A program made the position numbers and the translations under genes. Positions 62,789 to 64,000 of a DNA stretch of 64,000 bases are shown piece after piece (the first letter of the stretch is position 1; the number at the start of each line of letters is the position of its first letter). The notes beneath the pieces are model-generated. The model had not been told where the DNA came from and did not search any database. It saw nothing but the letters and a program-made list of their open reading frames with translations. This DNA comes from Lingula anatina (Eukaryota > Animalia > Brachiopoda): contig CM120643.1 of assembly GCA_051362555.1 (NCBI GenBank), forward strand, positions 21,518,848 through 21,582,847, written 5' to 3'.

Positions 62789-62852
<64 letters not shown>
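62789..62852. repeat. (GA)n microsatellite
   Basis: ~32 GA units. Confidence 0.98.
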
Positions 62853-62855
<3 letters not shown>

Positions 62856-64000
62856 GATAAAACTGATTAAATTTGAGAAAGATTGACAAGCTGGTTTTAA
62901 AAATCACTGCTTTACACAGCGTACTGCATAAAATCTTTGGTGAATACTTGTTTCCTCAGTCAGGCAATTAAACCCTCAGATGATACTGGCCAAGGGTTAT
63001 TTGATGATCAGAGTGGGTTTGAATCGGTCACTTCCGATAATAAAAAATGCTCATATTGGAGCTTCTCTGTAATCTGCACTACAGAACTCATATGCAGTAA
63101 AGTATACAGAATAAAACAACAACAATGAGAACTATAGACTGGTCTTATTTCTTCGAAAAACGCTTTAACTTCGGCAAAATATATCTTCTGGGATCACATG
63201 TCCAAATGAGCTAAAAATCAATTGGATCAAATTCCCACAGGTTACCCCTGGAAAAATAGTTTTTTCCTACCTAAACTCCTGTTTTGCTAATGCTTTGTGC
63301 GTAAACGGTTATTTCAATCTCATTGCTTCTTTCGAGATCAGGGGCATTCAAGCCGTTGGAATCAACTCGAACTGTCTGGGGCAAATGTGGATGCATGTTA
63401 ATTTGATAAAGACTTATTAGATTAACGACATTCAATCGAGTGTTTCGGTCAGGCTTGGTCGTAATGTCTAAATAAGATCCACCTCGTCTAACTACGATCA
63501 GGTCAACACGAAGTTAACCCAACCCCTCTCTTGGCCCGCCAACCACCATTGTGAGACGAGTTGCCGGTCGTTTTATGTGAGCAAATCCATTTAATTTGTG
63601 GTGAGCAATCCATAATCCGGATTCCTAATGAGGTGGGTGCTATCAGTCTCTTAGCCTGTGAAAAAGACACCTAGAACTACGGGTATCGTGCCATCTTGGT
63701 GCCTCCGTCAAATATTTTCTATTATCTGAAATGAGGTAGGCCTACAAAACGTAAACCAGTCGATTTATAAGTTTTTAATACTTGATATAGGCCTACAGCG
63801 ATGGACTAAAAATGGAGATAAATAGGATAAGTTAGATTTGTTATAAATGGTTTGTTGTGTTTATAACACTAAACTGCGAGGAAACTCAAATGGTTTTCAC
63901 AGTTGATTTCAAAAATGCTTTAGGAGGTATGGGTGCTTCGAAGTAATGCCGCCGCCTAGAGGCTTCGCGCCGTCTTGGTGGATTTAATCTTGCCTTCCAG

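Noticed and set aside
41322-64000. Junctophilin first coding exon(s) or a nested gene in the long intron
   Set aside because: No MORN-encoding sequence (GGRFDFDDGG-like) or protein-like ORF was found. The short ORFs are low-complexity or microsatellite-derived (e.g. 43904, 62667, 62707). Small exons could have been missed.

Overview
This is AT-rich, intron-containing animal genomic DNA. The repeat families and gene structures suggest a marine invertebrate, probably a lophotrochozoan such as a mollusc (inference). Four host genes are visible. (1) KLHDC4 (kelch domain-containing 4, + strand), 11 coding exons at 393-10231, with its 5' end upstream of the window. (2, 3) Two tandem single-exon membrane-bound UDP-glycosyltransferases (- strand, 19123-20733 and 22465-24075). 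(4) Junctophilin (- strand), four coding exons at 41321-28389, a ~3 kb 3'UTR, and an intron of >22 kb running off the right edge. Two consecutive KLHDC4 introns each hold a deleted ISL2EU-like (PIF/Harbinger-related) DNA transposon with convergent THAP-transposase and SAP/YqaJ-exonuclease remnants. A 5.7 kb Helentron/HINE-type element with three heads, one tail and a 161-bp satellite array lies at 12.9-18.6 kb. MITEs, LINE/SINE scraps and microsatellites are scattered elsewhere. The most notable observations are that both UGTs lack the canonical catalytic His and Asp while keeping an intact donor-binding signature, that they show patchy identity suggestive of gene conversion, and that CpG frequency rises sharply near 60.8 kb ahead of an RFX X-box. 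No rRNA, intact tRNA or CRISPR array was found. I cannot demonstrate a wholly new biological system here. All alignments were done by eye and family assignments were made from remembered motifs, not database searches.
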